A DNA stretch of 64,000 bases from an uncultured Candidatus Saccharibacteria bacterium (GTDB lineage: Bacteria > Patescibacteriota > Minisyncoccia > Phycocordibacterales > UBA2100): positions 64,750 through 128,749 of the forward strand of contig CAZPGE010000001.1 of the NCBI GenBank assembly GCA_964586255.1. The letters run 5' to 3'. Below, one piece after another: positions 1-8,549 of the stretch (within the stretch, counting starts at the first letter, position 1; every line of letters starts with the position of its first letter). The notes under the pieces are model-generated. The model was not told where the DNA came from. It made no database searches and worked only from the letters and a program-made list of their open reading frames with translations. The position numbers and the translations under genes were made by a program.

Positions 1-8
1 GGGAGAAG

Positions 9-1178
9 GTGCCCAAGGCCGTGCTGGAGCCGACGCTCCAAGCACTCCTCCTCATGATTGGTATCAACTATTGGTGCGTGTATCCCTCGCGCGATATGCG
101 GATAGAAGGGTTTACGCTCACACGTGCGCAGGCGCGCTTTTGGGACTCGATCTATTTGAATGGACTCGGGGAATTCTTCTACGACATGCAGATGGATTTT
201 CACAATCTGATTGCGTTTCCGCACGATGACTCAACGGCCGCGCCTACGCCCGCGCGATTCGTGCTGCCCGCTCGGGCGCTTCTGTTGAACGGCGCGGGCA
301 AAGATTCCGTCCTTTCGGCCGAAATGTTGAAAGCGTCGGGTACGCCGTTCGACTTTTTCGCTTTTGCCCCCACGCCCGCGCACAAGCGTATCGCCGCGCT
401 CGTCGGTTCGAAGACCGTCAGGGCCAATCGTCGTCGCGATCCGCGTGTGAGCGCGATGATGGGGCTCTTTGGAGTGTCGAATGCGTACCCGTCGGTCTCC
501 ACATTTACTTTCATCGCGACGTTGCTCGCGGAACTTCTCGGCTACAACTCGATTATCTTTTCCAACGAACGCAGTGCTGATTTCGGCAATCTCACGTACC
601 TCGGCTTGCCGGTGAATCACCAATGGTGCAAATCATCCGAGGCGGAAAAACTAATCAACGATTACATACAGTGCTATATAACGTCCGACATTGCGACTGC
701 CTCGCTCCTGCGGGAATACAGCGAGCTCGAGATCGTACGCCGCTTCGTACGCTATCCGCAGTACCTGCGCTACGTCACGAGCTGCAACAGCTATTTTTGG
801 CTTCCGCGCCCGGTGCAACATATGTCGCGCACCGCTTACTGGTGCAAACAATGCCCGAAATGCGTGTTTCTCTTTGCATGCTTCGCGACGTATCTGCCCA
901 AAAGGGAAGTGGTCGATATGTTCGGCGCCGATCTCTATGCTGAAAAGCGCCTTTTGCCGCTTGTGAGAAGCATCCTCGGTATTGAAGGGTTCAAGCCTCT
1001 CGATTGTGTCGGTGAGCCTGAAGAGATGATTCTTGCCATGCATTATGCGGCTCTTCGGAAGGAATATGCCGGTGAGCCGGCGATGCTGCTTTTTGATGAA
1101 CGCTTCCCATCAAATTATGATTTTGAGAGACTTGCGAAGAAAGTATTTGTTGATGGGGGAATGGGCAAAGCGTTTTAA
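9..1178 (+). CDS. PP-loop ATPase superfamily protein (N-type ATP pyrophosphatase-like) with a C-terminal Cys cluster; possibly 5'-partial
   Basis: ORF begins at the window edge with GTG. It carries a PP-loop-like motif GAGKDSVLSAEM (SGGxDS-like) and a C-terminal WCKQCPKC...C...C cysteine cluster. No finer family assignment is possible without searches. Confidence 0.5.
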   Translation: MPKAVLEPTLQALLLMIGINYWCVYPSRDMRIEGFTLTRAQARFWDSIYLNGLGEFFYDMQMDFHNLIAFPHDDSTAAPTPARFVLPARALLLNGAGKDSVLSAEMLKASGTPFDFFAFAPTPAHKRIAALVGSKTVRANRRRDPRVSAMMGLFGVSNAYPSVSTFTFIATLLAELLGYNSIIFSNERSADFGNLTYLGLPVNHQWCKSSEAEKLINDYIQCYITSDIATASLLREYSELEIVRRFVRYPQYLRYVTSCNSYFWLPRPVQHMSRTAYWCKQCPKCVFLFACFATYLPKREVVDMFGADLYAEKRLLPLVRSILGIEGFKPLDCVGEPEEMILAMHYAALRKEYAGEPAMLLFDERFPSNYDFERLAKKVFVDGGMGKAF

Positions 1179-1348
1179 AAGAGCAGGAGCCACTATTCGG
1201 TGAATAATCGCGCCTGCTCCGCGGGCAGGATTCTCCCGCGCCTCTCGCTCTGCCGTCGCAGAGCTCGGGCTGGGCACCGCCTCGCGGTTCGCCAAGTTTG
1301 GCTCACATCGCTCCGGCGTTCGAATCCTATCCAACGGTAGAAAAAGAA

Positions 1349-1378
1349 AAAGCCGGAGACATGCTCCGGCTTTTTTCT
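1349..1378. terminator. Bidirectional rho-independent terminator (gccggag-N-ctccggc hairpin flanked by A/T runs)
   Basis: Sequence aaaaagccggagacatgctccggcttttttc lies just downstream of the minus-strand tRNA 3' end and downstream of ORF 9..1178. Confidence 0.6.
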
Positions 1379-1422
1379 TCTTGGCTCCGCGGGTAGGATT
1401 CGAACCTACGACCAACCCGTTA

Positions 1423-1998
1423 CACGTATCCTCTCGTTACTGAAAGGGGTGGACTATATCATCATCCAGCTCCAGTTTTGGTTCGTCGTTTCGATGAACC
1501 AAAACTGGGGCTGGATGCGAGGCGCTTCCGGTCTTTCAACCGTACTCCCTTGCGGGATAGTCTCTACACCTTCCCCGTCATCGACGGGGCTTGGCTCGGG
1601 ATTGCCCGCGCTTACGCGCTAGGGTTTCCCCGAATTCACCTCGTTTTTCAACCGAAATTACTTTCGGAAGCTGCGTCATGCCGTCGTGCACTTCTGAATG
1701 GCAATTTGCACAGAGCAGGACGCATTTGTCCAACTCGGCGCGCATCTTTTCCCATGATCTCGTAAGGCCGCGCATTGAAAGACCAAAGTCTTTCAATCGG
1801 GGATTGAGATGATGGAATACGAGCGCTCTTTTACTGCGGTTGTACCCGCAAACAAAGCATTTGCCTCCACCGTATGCTAGGGCCATGTCGCGAAGCTTCC
1901 TTCGTCTGGCAGCAACGGCTTTCTTCAGATAGTCAGCACGGTCGGCATAGGTGCGCGTGTCTGGCATACACTAGTGAGTATACCATCGTGTGCGCTCC
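1423..1998 (-). mobile_element. Putative group I intron (tRNA anticodon-loop insertion) carrying an HNH homing-endonuclease ORF
   Basis: The 576-nt insertion sits between the tRNA halves. The upstream exon ends in U and the insertion ends in G, as at group I 5' and 3' splice sites. It contains an HNH ORF in the same orientation as the tRNA. The ribozyme core was not verified. Confidence 0.5.
1578..1967 (-). CDS. HNH endonuclease (intron-encoded homing endonuclease-like)
   Basis: Carries the motifs CFVCGY...LVFHHLNP...CVLLCANCHSEVH (C-x2-C, HH, N, C-x2-C-H), an HNH nuclease signature. It lies wholly inside the tRNA-Asn insertion. Confidence 0.7.
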   Translation of the reverse strand: MPDTRTYADRADYLKKAVAARRRKLRDMALAYGGGKCFVCGYNRSKRALVFHHLNPRLKDFGLSMRGLTRSWEKMRAELDKCVLLCANCHSEVHDGMTQLPKVISVEKRGEFGETLARKRGQSRAKPRR

Positions 1999-2189
1999 AC
2001 AGCGGGCCGCTCTACCACTGAGCTACCGCGGAATATGTATCTGACCAAGAACATCCACCCCGCATCGCGGAATGTGCTCAGAGTATAGCCAAATACGCAG
2101 AAAAATCCATACGTGCGCAAGGGGTAAAGACGCGAAGAAAATGTATAGTGCAAAGAGGCACGCAGTGTGTCCAAGCAAAAGGAAGAAGA

Positions 2190-2522
2190 ATGCGGCGATT
2201 AAGAAATGAGAAAGCATCTGTGGTCAGCGAGGCGGTGGAGCAATTCCGACGACTCCAGACAAAATTCCCGGGTGAGCTCGATGCGAGCACATTAGCGCAG
2301 ACTGAGAGGGATGTCCGCGACATCGTGATGCGCGGACTCTATACCGGTCGAGCACCTGGTATGGTCACGGTCAGGTTTCGAAATGTCGGGTGTACGCCCG
2401 GCTCGCGCAAACTCGACGATTTCTTCGTCGAGTTCACGCCACTGTCAGGCGGAAGGGTTGAGACGCTGGGTGTCGAGAATTTCCTCGAGACTTACCGCTT
2501 TTTCGCGAGCGACTGCGCGTAG
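2190..2522 (+). CDS. hypothetical protein
   Basis: ATG preceded by AAGGAAG 5 nt upstream (good SD). No recognisable motifs. Confidence 0.4.
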   Translation: MRRLRNEKASVVSEAVEQFRRLQTKFPGELDASTLAQTERDVRDIVMRGLYTGRAPGMVTVRFRNVGCTPGSRKLDDFFVEFTPLSGGRVETLGVENFLETYRFFASDCA

Positions 2523-2640
2523 TTCCTAAGGCGCCTGAGTGCGTCCTGATGCCCCGCTCCGCCATTCGCCAATCGGCGAAGGTGGAGCGAGGTATCTTCT
2601 TTTCATGAATACTTCGTTTTGGTGGTGTACAATAAATCGC

Positions 2641-3015
2641 ATGGATATACGCATAAAGACGACGGATTATGAGATTACTCCTGAAGTGTCTACATATCTC
2701 GGCGAGAAGATTGCGTCGATAGAGAAAATGCTCGGTACCGACGCGCTTATGGCCCGAATCGAGGTGGAGATAGGACGCGCGGCGGGGAATCAGCGACATG
2801 GCGACAACCTGTGGATTGCGGAAATATTGCTGCATTACCCTGGGGGGCCGCAGATACGCGCGAGCAATCATGCAGACAATGTGAATACCGCGATTGATGA
2901 TGTGAAAGAGGAAGTTCTCAGGCAGCTTCGCACGGAAAAACAAACGCATCGCAGGCTTCTTCGCAAGGGCGGTGCCGCGATAAAGCGCTGGATGCGTTTT
3001 GGCTCAGAGGATTAG
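2641..3015 (+). CDS. hpf: ribosome hibernation promoting factor / ribosome-associated inhibitor A (RaiA/HPF family)
   Basis: N-terminus MDIRIKTTDYEITPEVSTYLGEKI is typical of the YfiA/HPF family. Size is about 124 aa. Confidence 0.75.
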   Translation: MDIRIKTTDYEITPEVSTYLGEKIASIEKMLGTDALMARIEVEIGRAAGNQRHGDNLWIAEILLHYPGGPQIRASNHADNVNTAIDDVKEEVLRQLRTEKQTHRRLLRKGGAAIKRWMRFGSED

Positions 3016-3860
3016 AGCGGCTTTGCGCCTGAGCGCGCAAATTCCTCGTAGGGCATCGCATTCTTTCCCTCCGGCTTGACCGTATCGAGTACGAGCGCCC
3101 GTCCTTCTATGTGTGCATCGAGAATTGCAACGCGGATTTTCTTTCCCGCGCGCTCAAAGTAAGCATACGTACCGGGCCATCCCTCAAAGGCGTAAATTTT
3201 GCGGAGATTTTCCAGTACATCGCCCTTGAGGTCGAGTAGTCCGTCGTCTTTTGAAAACTTGCCGCTGTAGGTGGCGACATCGTGGTTCTGCTCTTCGGGC
3301 TCAATTGTGCCCGCGACATACTCCCGCAGAATCTGTGCGAGGAGCGCGCCGCCGAGCGGGACGAGTATCTGTTCAAGCTCGGGATTTTTCACCGGCCATT
3401 CCGTGATTTGCGCTTTCTTCTGCGCCACGATAGGTCCGTGGTCCATTTGCTCGTCGATGAGTATGACCGAGACACCGGTGTCCCGCTCGTTGTTCAGGAT
3501 TGCACTGCGCATGGGGGACGCACCGCGAAGGCGGGGCAGGAGAGAGGGGTGCATGTTGAGAAAACCTTTTTTGGGGACACCGAGGAGCGATTGTGGCAAA
3601 ATCTTCCCGTAGTCGACGACGATCGCGACGTCCCAGGAGCTGCTTTCAAATTCAGTCCAATCGTATGCAAGTGGGATATTTCTTTGCTTTGCCCACGTGG
3701 CGACGTCGGTGTCGACTTCTTGCAGTCCGCGACCCTTCTTTTTTGGCGGCGTACTCACTATGAGGCTCGGCAGGAGCCCCGCTTTCTCCAGTTCATCGAG
3801 CACCATAGTCGCGATGTGCGACGTGCCAAAAAATGCAAACTGCACGTTATTCTTCATCAT
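3012..3860 (-). CDS. fmt: methionyl-tRNA formyltransferase
   Basis: N-terminus MKNNVQFAFFGTSHIA matches the Fmt start, and the formyltransferase core is present. It sits immediately downstream of def. Confidence 0.85.
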   Translation of the reverse strand: MMKNNVQFAFFGTSHIATMVLDELEKAGLLPSLIVSTPPKKKGRGLQEVDTDVATWAKQRNIPLAYDWTEFESSSWDVAIVVDYGKILPQSLLGVPKKGFLNMHPSLLPRLRGASPMRSAILNNERDTGVSVILIDEQMDHGPIVAQKKAQITEWPVKNPELEQILVPLGGALLAQILREYVAGTIEPEEQNHDVATYSGKFSKDDGLLDLKGDVLENLRKIYAFEGWPGTYAYFERAGKKIRVAILDAHIEGRALVLDTVKPEGKNAMPYEEFARSGAKPL

Positions 3861-4398
3861 CAGACTTGTCGTCATAGAGTTCGGTGGCTTTTTCTGAGTA
3901 AAGGATGCCTTCGAGGTGGTCCATCTCATGCTGGAATATATGGGCGAGAAAACCCGATGCCCCTCGCATGAACGGCGTACCGTTTTCGTCGTATGCACGG
4001 ACGGTGGCCTTCTCTGCTCGTGGCACCATGCCCCACTTGCCGCGAATCGAGAGACATCCTTCGTGTTTGTCAGTGCGGCCGCGAGACATCTTGAGCAGCT
4101 CCGGATTTATATATACCTGGTCGGGAAGCGCAGGTTCTGCACCCTCTTCCTCTTTGTCCGGCTCGTCAGGAGCGTTGCGTGAGTCTCTCGCGAGAGCTCT
4201 GCCAGAGACAATAAAGAGTCGGAGTGGTTCGCCGACCTGATTCGCCGCGAGTGCCACACCGAATTCTTCTTTGGAAAGCAGAGATTTCATGTCTGCAACC
4301 AGGCCTTGGATGTGCGCACTCGAAATTTCCGCGAGCGGTATCTCGCGTGAACGCCCCCGCAGAGCGGGGTTCTCTCCGTGGGGGAGAATGATTCGCAT
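3847..4398 (-). CDS. def: peptide deformylase
   Basis: Def motifs EGCLS and HEMDHLEG are present. The gene overlaps the fmt start, forming a def-fmt operon. Confidence 0.9.
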   Translation of the reverse strand: MRIILPHGENPALRGRSREIPLAEISSAHIQGLVADMKSLLSKEEFGVALAANQVGEPLRLFIVSGRALARDSRNAPDEPDKEEEGAEPALPDQVYINPELLKMSRGRTDKHEGCLSIRGKWGMVPRAEKATVRAYDENGTPFMRGASGFLAHIFQHEMDHLEGILYSEKATELYDDKSDDEE

Positions 4399-4646
4399 GC
4401 TCAAAATATAGTGTCTTACGGGATAAAAGGAAAGCGCTCGGCTGTGAGCCGAGCGCGAATTGAGGAAGGGAGCAAGAGCTGCGTTCGAAACAACTCATCC
4501 GTTAGCGAGACGGCGTGTCCGGCAAACACGTCTCCCTTCCAGCCCGGGCGGTACCAGAGTGTCATGCGCTACACTCGACGGATCTTCGCCAGGGCAACGA
4601 AACCGGCCCACTTTATAGCATACGTATGCAGGTATACAATCGAGGC

Positions 4647-4958
4647 ATGAAACATATCGGTTCGCACCTACGAAAGGCACTGAATGCCTCAAAAGAGACG
4701 GAGCGAGGAGAGCTCATGCGCTACTTTTGTGACCGCCTCAATACGACGCGTGTGCCCGACGGATTGCCGCCGGTCGCGATGGGCCGGATGGGCAAGCTCC
4801 TCCAAAAAATCCCGACAAAAGATCTCTACTACCTCAAGCGTATCTGCGACGACGCTCCAAATTTCTCGAAGAAATTTTGGTGGGAGATAAATCCCAAGAA
4901 CCATACGGAGGCGGCCAAGAAAGAATCTGCGGCAAAGTTCAAGAAATCCGACCGGTAG
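4647..4958 (+). CDS. hypothetical small basic protein
   Basis: ATG with GAGG 5 nt upstream. No recognisable motif. Confidence 0.4.
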   Translation: MKHIGSHLRKALNASKETERGELMRYFCDRLNTTRVPDGLPPVAMGRMGKLLQKIPTKDLYYLKRICDDAPNFSKKFWWEINPKNHTEAAKKESAAKFKKSDR

Positions 4959-4999
4959 AGTTGGTCAAACGCCGCCGTGCGGATACAATACGTCGACCT

Positions 5000-6016
5000 A
5001 TGGCGTTTACATTTTCTCCTAAGCTCGGTATCGACCTCGGCACGACGACCGTGCTCGTGTTTGTGCCGGGTAAGGGTATCGTGCTCAACGAGCCGTCGGT
5101 CGTCGCGGTGTCTCTCAAAGAGAACAGAATCCTGGCCGTGGGCAACGAGGCCAAAGAGATGGTCGGCCGCACCCCCGATGAAATCACCGCATACCGGCCG
5201 ATGAAAGACGGCGTCATCGCGGATTACCGTGTGACGGAAGCGATGCTTCGCTACTACATAAAGAAAGCACTCGGTCGCTGGAATTTGTTTCGCCCTGAGG
5301 TCATGATTTCCGTCCCTGCTGGTGTCACCTCCACAGAGCGGCGCGCTGTCGTAGAAGCGGCGACAAAGGCCGGCGCAAAAGAAGCGTATGTAGTGAAAGA
5401 ACCAATCCTTGCGGCAATCGGTGCGGGCATCCCCATACACGAGGCGCGAGGCCACATGATTGTCGACATTGGCGGCGGCACGACCGACGTCGCCGTGATA
5501 TCGCTCGGCGGTATCGTGGCTTCCACATCGGTGAAGTGCGCGGGCAACCGCATCGACCGCGCGATTGCAGACTATGTAAAAAAGAATGCGAACCTCTCGA
5601 TAGGCGACAAAATGGCTGAAGAGATAAAAATCCAAATAGGCTCTGCGGTGCCCGTGGAGGAAGAGCTCACGATGATGGTGAAAGGACGCGACCATCTTAC
5701 AGGGCTTCCGCGCTCAGTAGAGCTCGGTACCAACGAAGTTGTGCGTGCGATAGGTAAAGAGCTTCGCACCATGATTCAGGCCATTAAAGACGTGCTTCAA
5801 GAGACTCCGCCGGAGCTTGCCGCCGACATCATCGACAACGGCATCACCATGACCGGGGGCTCTTCGCTTTTGCGCAACCTACCTGAACTCGTCTTCCGCC
5901 GCACCGGCGTGAAAGCGCGGATGGCAAAAGACGCCCCATACTGTGTGGCCAAAGGTACGGGCGAGGCTCTCAAACACCTCGAGACTTATAAGAAGGCGAT
6001 TATCTCGAAGAGGTAG
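5000..6016 (+). CDS. mreB: rod shape-determining protein MreB/Mbl (actin-like ATPase), stand-alone copy
   Basis: N-terminus FSPKLGIDLGTTTVLVFV and the actin-fold phosphate motifs are present. DIGGGTTD is also present. Confidence 0.85.
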   Translation: MAFTFSPKLGIDLGTTTVLVFVPGKGIVLNEPSVVAVSLKENRILAVGNEAKEMVGRTPDEITAYRPMKDGVIADYRVTEAMLRYYIKKALGRWNLFRPEVMISVPAGVTSTERRAVVEAATKAGAKEAYVVKEPILAAIGAGIPIHEARGHMIVDIGGGTTDVAVISLGGIVASTSVKCAGNRIDRAIADYVKKNANLSIGDKMAEEIKIQIGSAVPVEEELTMMVKGRDHLTGLPRSVELGTNEVVRAIGKELRTMIQAIKDVLQETPPELAADIIDNGITMTGGSSLLRNLPELVFRRTGVKARMAKDAPYCVAKGTGEALKHLETYKKAIISKR

Positions 6017-6045
6017 TTGACAGAAGCTCTCGTATGGTGTATAAT
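6017..6045 (+). promoter_or_regulatory. Consensus sigma70-type promoter (TTGACA-17 nt-TATAAT) upstream of the membrane protein gene at 6091
   Basis: TTGACA at 6017-6022, a 17-nt spacer, then TATAAT at 6040-6045. AGGAGG precedes the ATG at 6091. Confidence 0.6.
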
Positions 6046-6090
6046 ACACTCCGAGCAAATTCAGTCTTGTTAGAGCCAAGGAGGCTTCAA

Positions 6091-6741
6091 ATGCGCGGTG
6101 AATACATAGGCTATGCGACCGACGTTGTCTTCAACATGCCGTCCCCCTGGGGATGGTTCGAAGTAGTCTGGTGGCGACATGGTTCGGCACCGTTCACGAC
6201 GATCTTCGTCGCAATCGGACTCATCACAAATGTCACGCTCGTCGCGACATCGTTCCAGAAGTGGTGGGGATCGCTCGCGACCCTCATCGCCGTGAATGCA
6301 GTCTTCGGGTTCTTCACTGTGGGTGGCGCAATCGGCTGTCGCAGCGATGGCTGTGAACTCGCACATACGTGGATGATTGCCATGACCTGGCAACTCGCGT
6401 TTATCGAGATCGCACTCGGCCTCTTCGTGCTTTCTGCGGTCGGACACATTATTTCAATCGCAGAAGAGGTGTATCACGCCGTGCGACCTGAGTGGAGAAA
6501 GCTGGACGCGGAATGGAAGTTCTACATTCTGTGCACTCCTGCATTCTTCACAGCGATCTTACCGATGGCGTATGCAGTCTTCGCGGGGGTCCTCTTCGCA
6601 AACACGGCTCCGTTCGAACTGCTGCGTTGGATGATGCATGATTCACTCTGGATGAGTATCTGGACGGCATCGCTCGTCATCCTTCTGCCCGGCATGTGGG
6701 TTGCTGTGCGGAGCGAATGGTGTCGCGATCACGTGTGCTAA
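6091..6741 (+). CDS. hypothetical integral membrane protein
   Basis: Strong RBS AGGAGG. Multiple hydrophobic segments, Trp-rich. No family recognised. Confidence 0.55.
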   Translation: MRGEYIGYATDVVFNMPSPWGWFEVVWWRHGSAPFTTIFVAIGLITNVTLVATSFQKWWGSLATLIAVNAVFGFFTVGGAIGCRSDGCELAHTWMIAMTWQLAFIEIALGLFVLSAVGHIISIAEEVYHAVRPEWRKLDAEWKFYILCTPAFFTAILPMAYAVFAGVLFANTAPFELLRWMMHDSLWMSIWTASLVILLPGMWVAVRSEWCRDHVC

Positions 6742-6764
6742 CAAGGCAACAGTTCTTGAGGCTT

Positions 6765-6797
6765 CGCCCGGGATGATTTTCCCGGGCGATTTTTTTA
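6765..6797. terminator. Bidirectional intrinsic terminator (cgcccggg-atgatttt-cccgggcg followed by a T-run)
   Basis: GC hairpin followed by TTTTTTTATTT. It lies between convergent genes ending at 6741 and 6795. Confidence 0.65.
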
Positions 6798-7280
6798 TTT
6801 GCCCTGTAGTTTGGCGATATCGGCGACAAGTTTGCTGAGGTCGCGCTGTATATCGGTGAGCTTCTGCTGGTGCTGTGCCTCGATACGCTCTTCCTCGACT
6901 TCTTCTTCCGTCATCTCCCCGACATCTTCGCTGATGTCTTCCACGTCTTCTTGCAGCTCATCGACGTCGCCTTGTATTTCGTCGATGTCCTCCTGAATCT
7001 CCTCCACGTCTTCTTGCATTTCATCAATGTCGCGTTCCACGCCCTCGATAGTCTCTGTCGTGTAGTTGAGTGTCATTTGTATAAATATAGCGAGGTAAAT
7101 CGCTTCGAGAGAGACGATGGTCGTGAGCACCAAGAGCATCCGGTCAAGCGCGATGAGGTGTGAAAACGCGAGCGCGAAGCTTCCTATAAAAAGGATAGTG
7201 TGCAGGATGATGGACGCAGGCGATCCTACCCAGCGAGTGACCGTGAGCGCGGTTTTTTGTACGTTGTTGGGGTGAGCCAT
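6795..7280 (-). CDS. membrane protein with a C-terminal acidic heptad-repeat (coiled-coil) tail
   Basis: Two predicted TM segments, followed by the tail DIDEMQEDVEEIQEDIDEIQGDVDELQEDVEDISEDVGEMTEEEVEEE. Start chosen at MAHPNN, which has GAGG upstream. Confidence 0.5.
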   Translation of the reverse strand: MAHPNNVQKTALTVTRWVGSPASIILHTILFIGSFALAFSHLIALDRMLLVLTTIVSLEAIYLAIFIQMTLNYTTETIEGVERDIDEMQEDVEEIQEDIDEIQGDVDELQEDVEDISEDVGEMTEEEVEEERIEAQHQQKLTDIQRDLSKLVADIAKLQGK

Positions 7281-7323
7281 GAGCCTCAGTATATAGCACG
7301 AGGCCCTTGATATACTCAAGCGT

Positions 7324-7980
7324 ATGGCATTTGTAGGCAATGCACTCCTCGTCGCAGGAGATTCCTCGGCGGTTACTGACGTCTTGGAGCGTCTGCGCGA
7401 AGAAGGGATAGACATTCAAAAGAATCCGGATGTGTATGTTCGTAGCTATACGCACTTTGGCGTGGACGACGCGAGAGAGGTGCGAGAGCGTGCAGATCTT
7501 TCTGCGCAAGGGGAAAGGAGAATATTCGTACTTGCGACACCCGTCATGACGACAGAGGCACAAAATGCATTGCTTAAAACACTGGAGGAGCCGCCCGGGA
7601 ATGCTCTTTTCATAGTAGTCGTACCGGCGCCGGAGACGCTGCTTCCCACGCTGCGCTCGCGCATGCAGAGACTCGATGTGGACGCAGATGTGCAAAAGGG
7701 AGCAGTGGAAAGTGGCGCGTTTCTGGCTGCATCACCGGCCGCGCGTCTCGATATGATCAAACCGCTTCTTGAGAAGGGTGATGATGAGAGGCGTGACATC
7801 TCACACATCATCACGTTTCTGTCAGTACTCGAGCGTACGATGGAAAACGTACCTCGAAGCGCTAGCAAGGAAGGCCTTGAGGCAATTTACCGAGCGCGTG
7901 CATTTATGGCCGACAAAGGATCACTGCTCAAGCCTCTCCTTGAACAGGTCGCGCTCTTGGTGCCTCGCGTGAAGCCATAG
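7324..7980 (+). CDS. holB: DNA polymerase III delta' subunit-like clamp-loader protein (short form)
   Basis: ALLKTLEEPP motif typical of DNA polymerase III gamma/tau/delta' subunits, at only 218 aa. Confidence 0.55.
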   Translation: MAFVGNALLVAGDSSAVTDVLERLREEGIDIQKNPDVYVRSYTHFGVDDAREVRERADLSAQGERRIFVLATPVMTTEAQNALLKTLEEPPGNALFIVVVPAPETLLPTLRSRMQRLDVDADVQKGAVESGAFLAASPAARLDMIKPLLEKGDDERRDISHIITFLSVLERTMENVPRSASKEGLEAIYRARAFMADKGSLLKPLLEQVALLVPRVKP

Positions 7981-7994
7981 TACAATGATCTCCT

Positions 7995-8549
7995 ATGGCA
8001 GACTACGATTTTAAATCATTAGAAGGAAAGATAGCCGACGCAAAGGACTGGTTGTCGAAAGAGTACCGAGGCTTGCGCACAGGGAGAGCAGCGCCGGCCA
8101 TATTGGATTCGGTCATGGTCTCGGCGTATGGGTCCATGACGCCTCTCAAGCAAGTGGGCAATGTGTCGGTGGAGGATGCACGCACACTTCGTGTGAGCGC
8201 CTATGACGCAGGTGTGCTCAAGGACATAGAGCGCGCAATTTCCGCAGCGAATCTCGGCGTAGGTACGTCGGCCGACAGCTCCTCAGTGCGCGTCACGTTC
8301 CCTGAGCTCACTTCGGAGCGCCGTGAACAGCTCATCAAATTTGCAAAGGGAAAGCTTGAGGAGGCACGTACATCGGTACGTCTCGCGCGCGACGACTCGT
8401 GGAAAGAAATCCAAGAGCGAGAGCGGGAAGGTACCCTGACCGAAGACGACAAGTTTTCCCTCAAGGAAGAGATGCAAAAAAAGGTAGACAAGGCCAACGA
8501 AGACCTCGAAGGCATGTTTGAAGCGAAAGAGAAGGAGATGAGTGCATGA
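7995..8549 (+). CDS. frr: ribosome recycling factor
   Basis: Full-length RRF similarity (VRVSAYD..., LTEDDKFSLKEEMQKKVD). Confidence 0.85.
   Translation: MADYDFKSLEGKIADAKDWLSKEYRGLRTGRAAPAILDSVMVSAYGSMTPLKQVGNVSVEDARTLRVSAYDAGVLKDIERAISAANLGVGTSADSSSVRVTFPELTSERREQLIKFAKGKLEEARTSVRLARDDSWKEIQEREREGTLTEDDKFSLKEEMQKKVDKANEDLEGMFEAKEKEMSA

Larger units (their letters stand above)
1382..2032 (-). tRNA. tRNA-Asn(GUU) gene interrupted in the anticodon loop by a 576-bp insertion. 5' exon is 1999..2032 and 3' exon is 1382..1422, with CCA encoded.
   Basis: Minus-strand 5' half reads TCCGCGG-TA-GCTC-AGTGGTA-GAGC-G-GCCCG-CUGU. Minus-strand 3' half reads UAA-CGGGU-UGGUC-GUAGG-UUCGAAU-CCUAC-CCGCGGA-G-CCA. 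The two halves give a perfect 7-bp acceptor stem, a D arm, a 5-bp anticodon stem (one G-U), a loop CU-GUU-AA and a canonical T arm, with discriminator G73 as expected for Asn. The exact splice position is ambiguous by 1-2 nt; anticodon GUG (His) is the alternative reading. Confidence 0.7.

Noticed and set aside
1110-1415. Minus-strand 101-aa ORF downstream of the PP-loop gene
   Set aside because: It overlaps the bidirectional terminator and exon 2 of the tRNA-Asn, is Arg/Ala-rich as expected of GC-rich non-coding sequence, and has no RBS.
4829-5695. Long antisense ORFs inside mreB, fmt/def, atpA, leuS and cysS (for example 4829-5695-, 3282-3971+, 36832-37470-, 47817-48749-, 51520-52272+)
   Set aside because: They lie opposite to genes with strong family-level similarity. 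High GC content inflates random ORF length. None has a motif or RBS.
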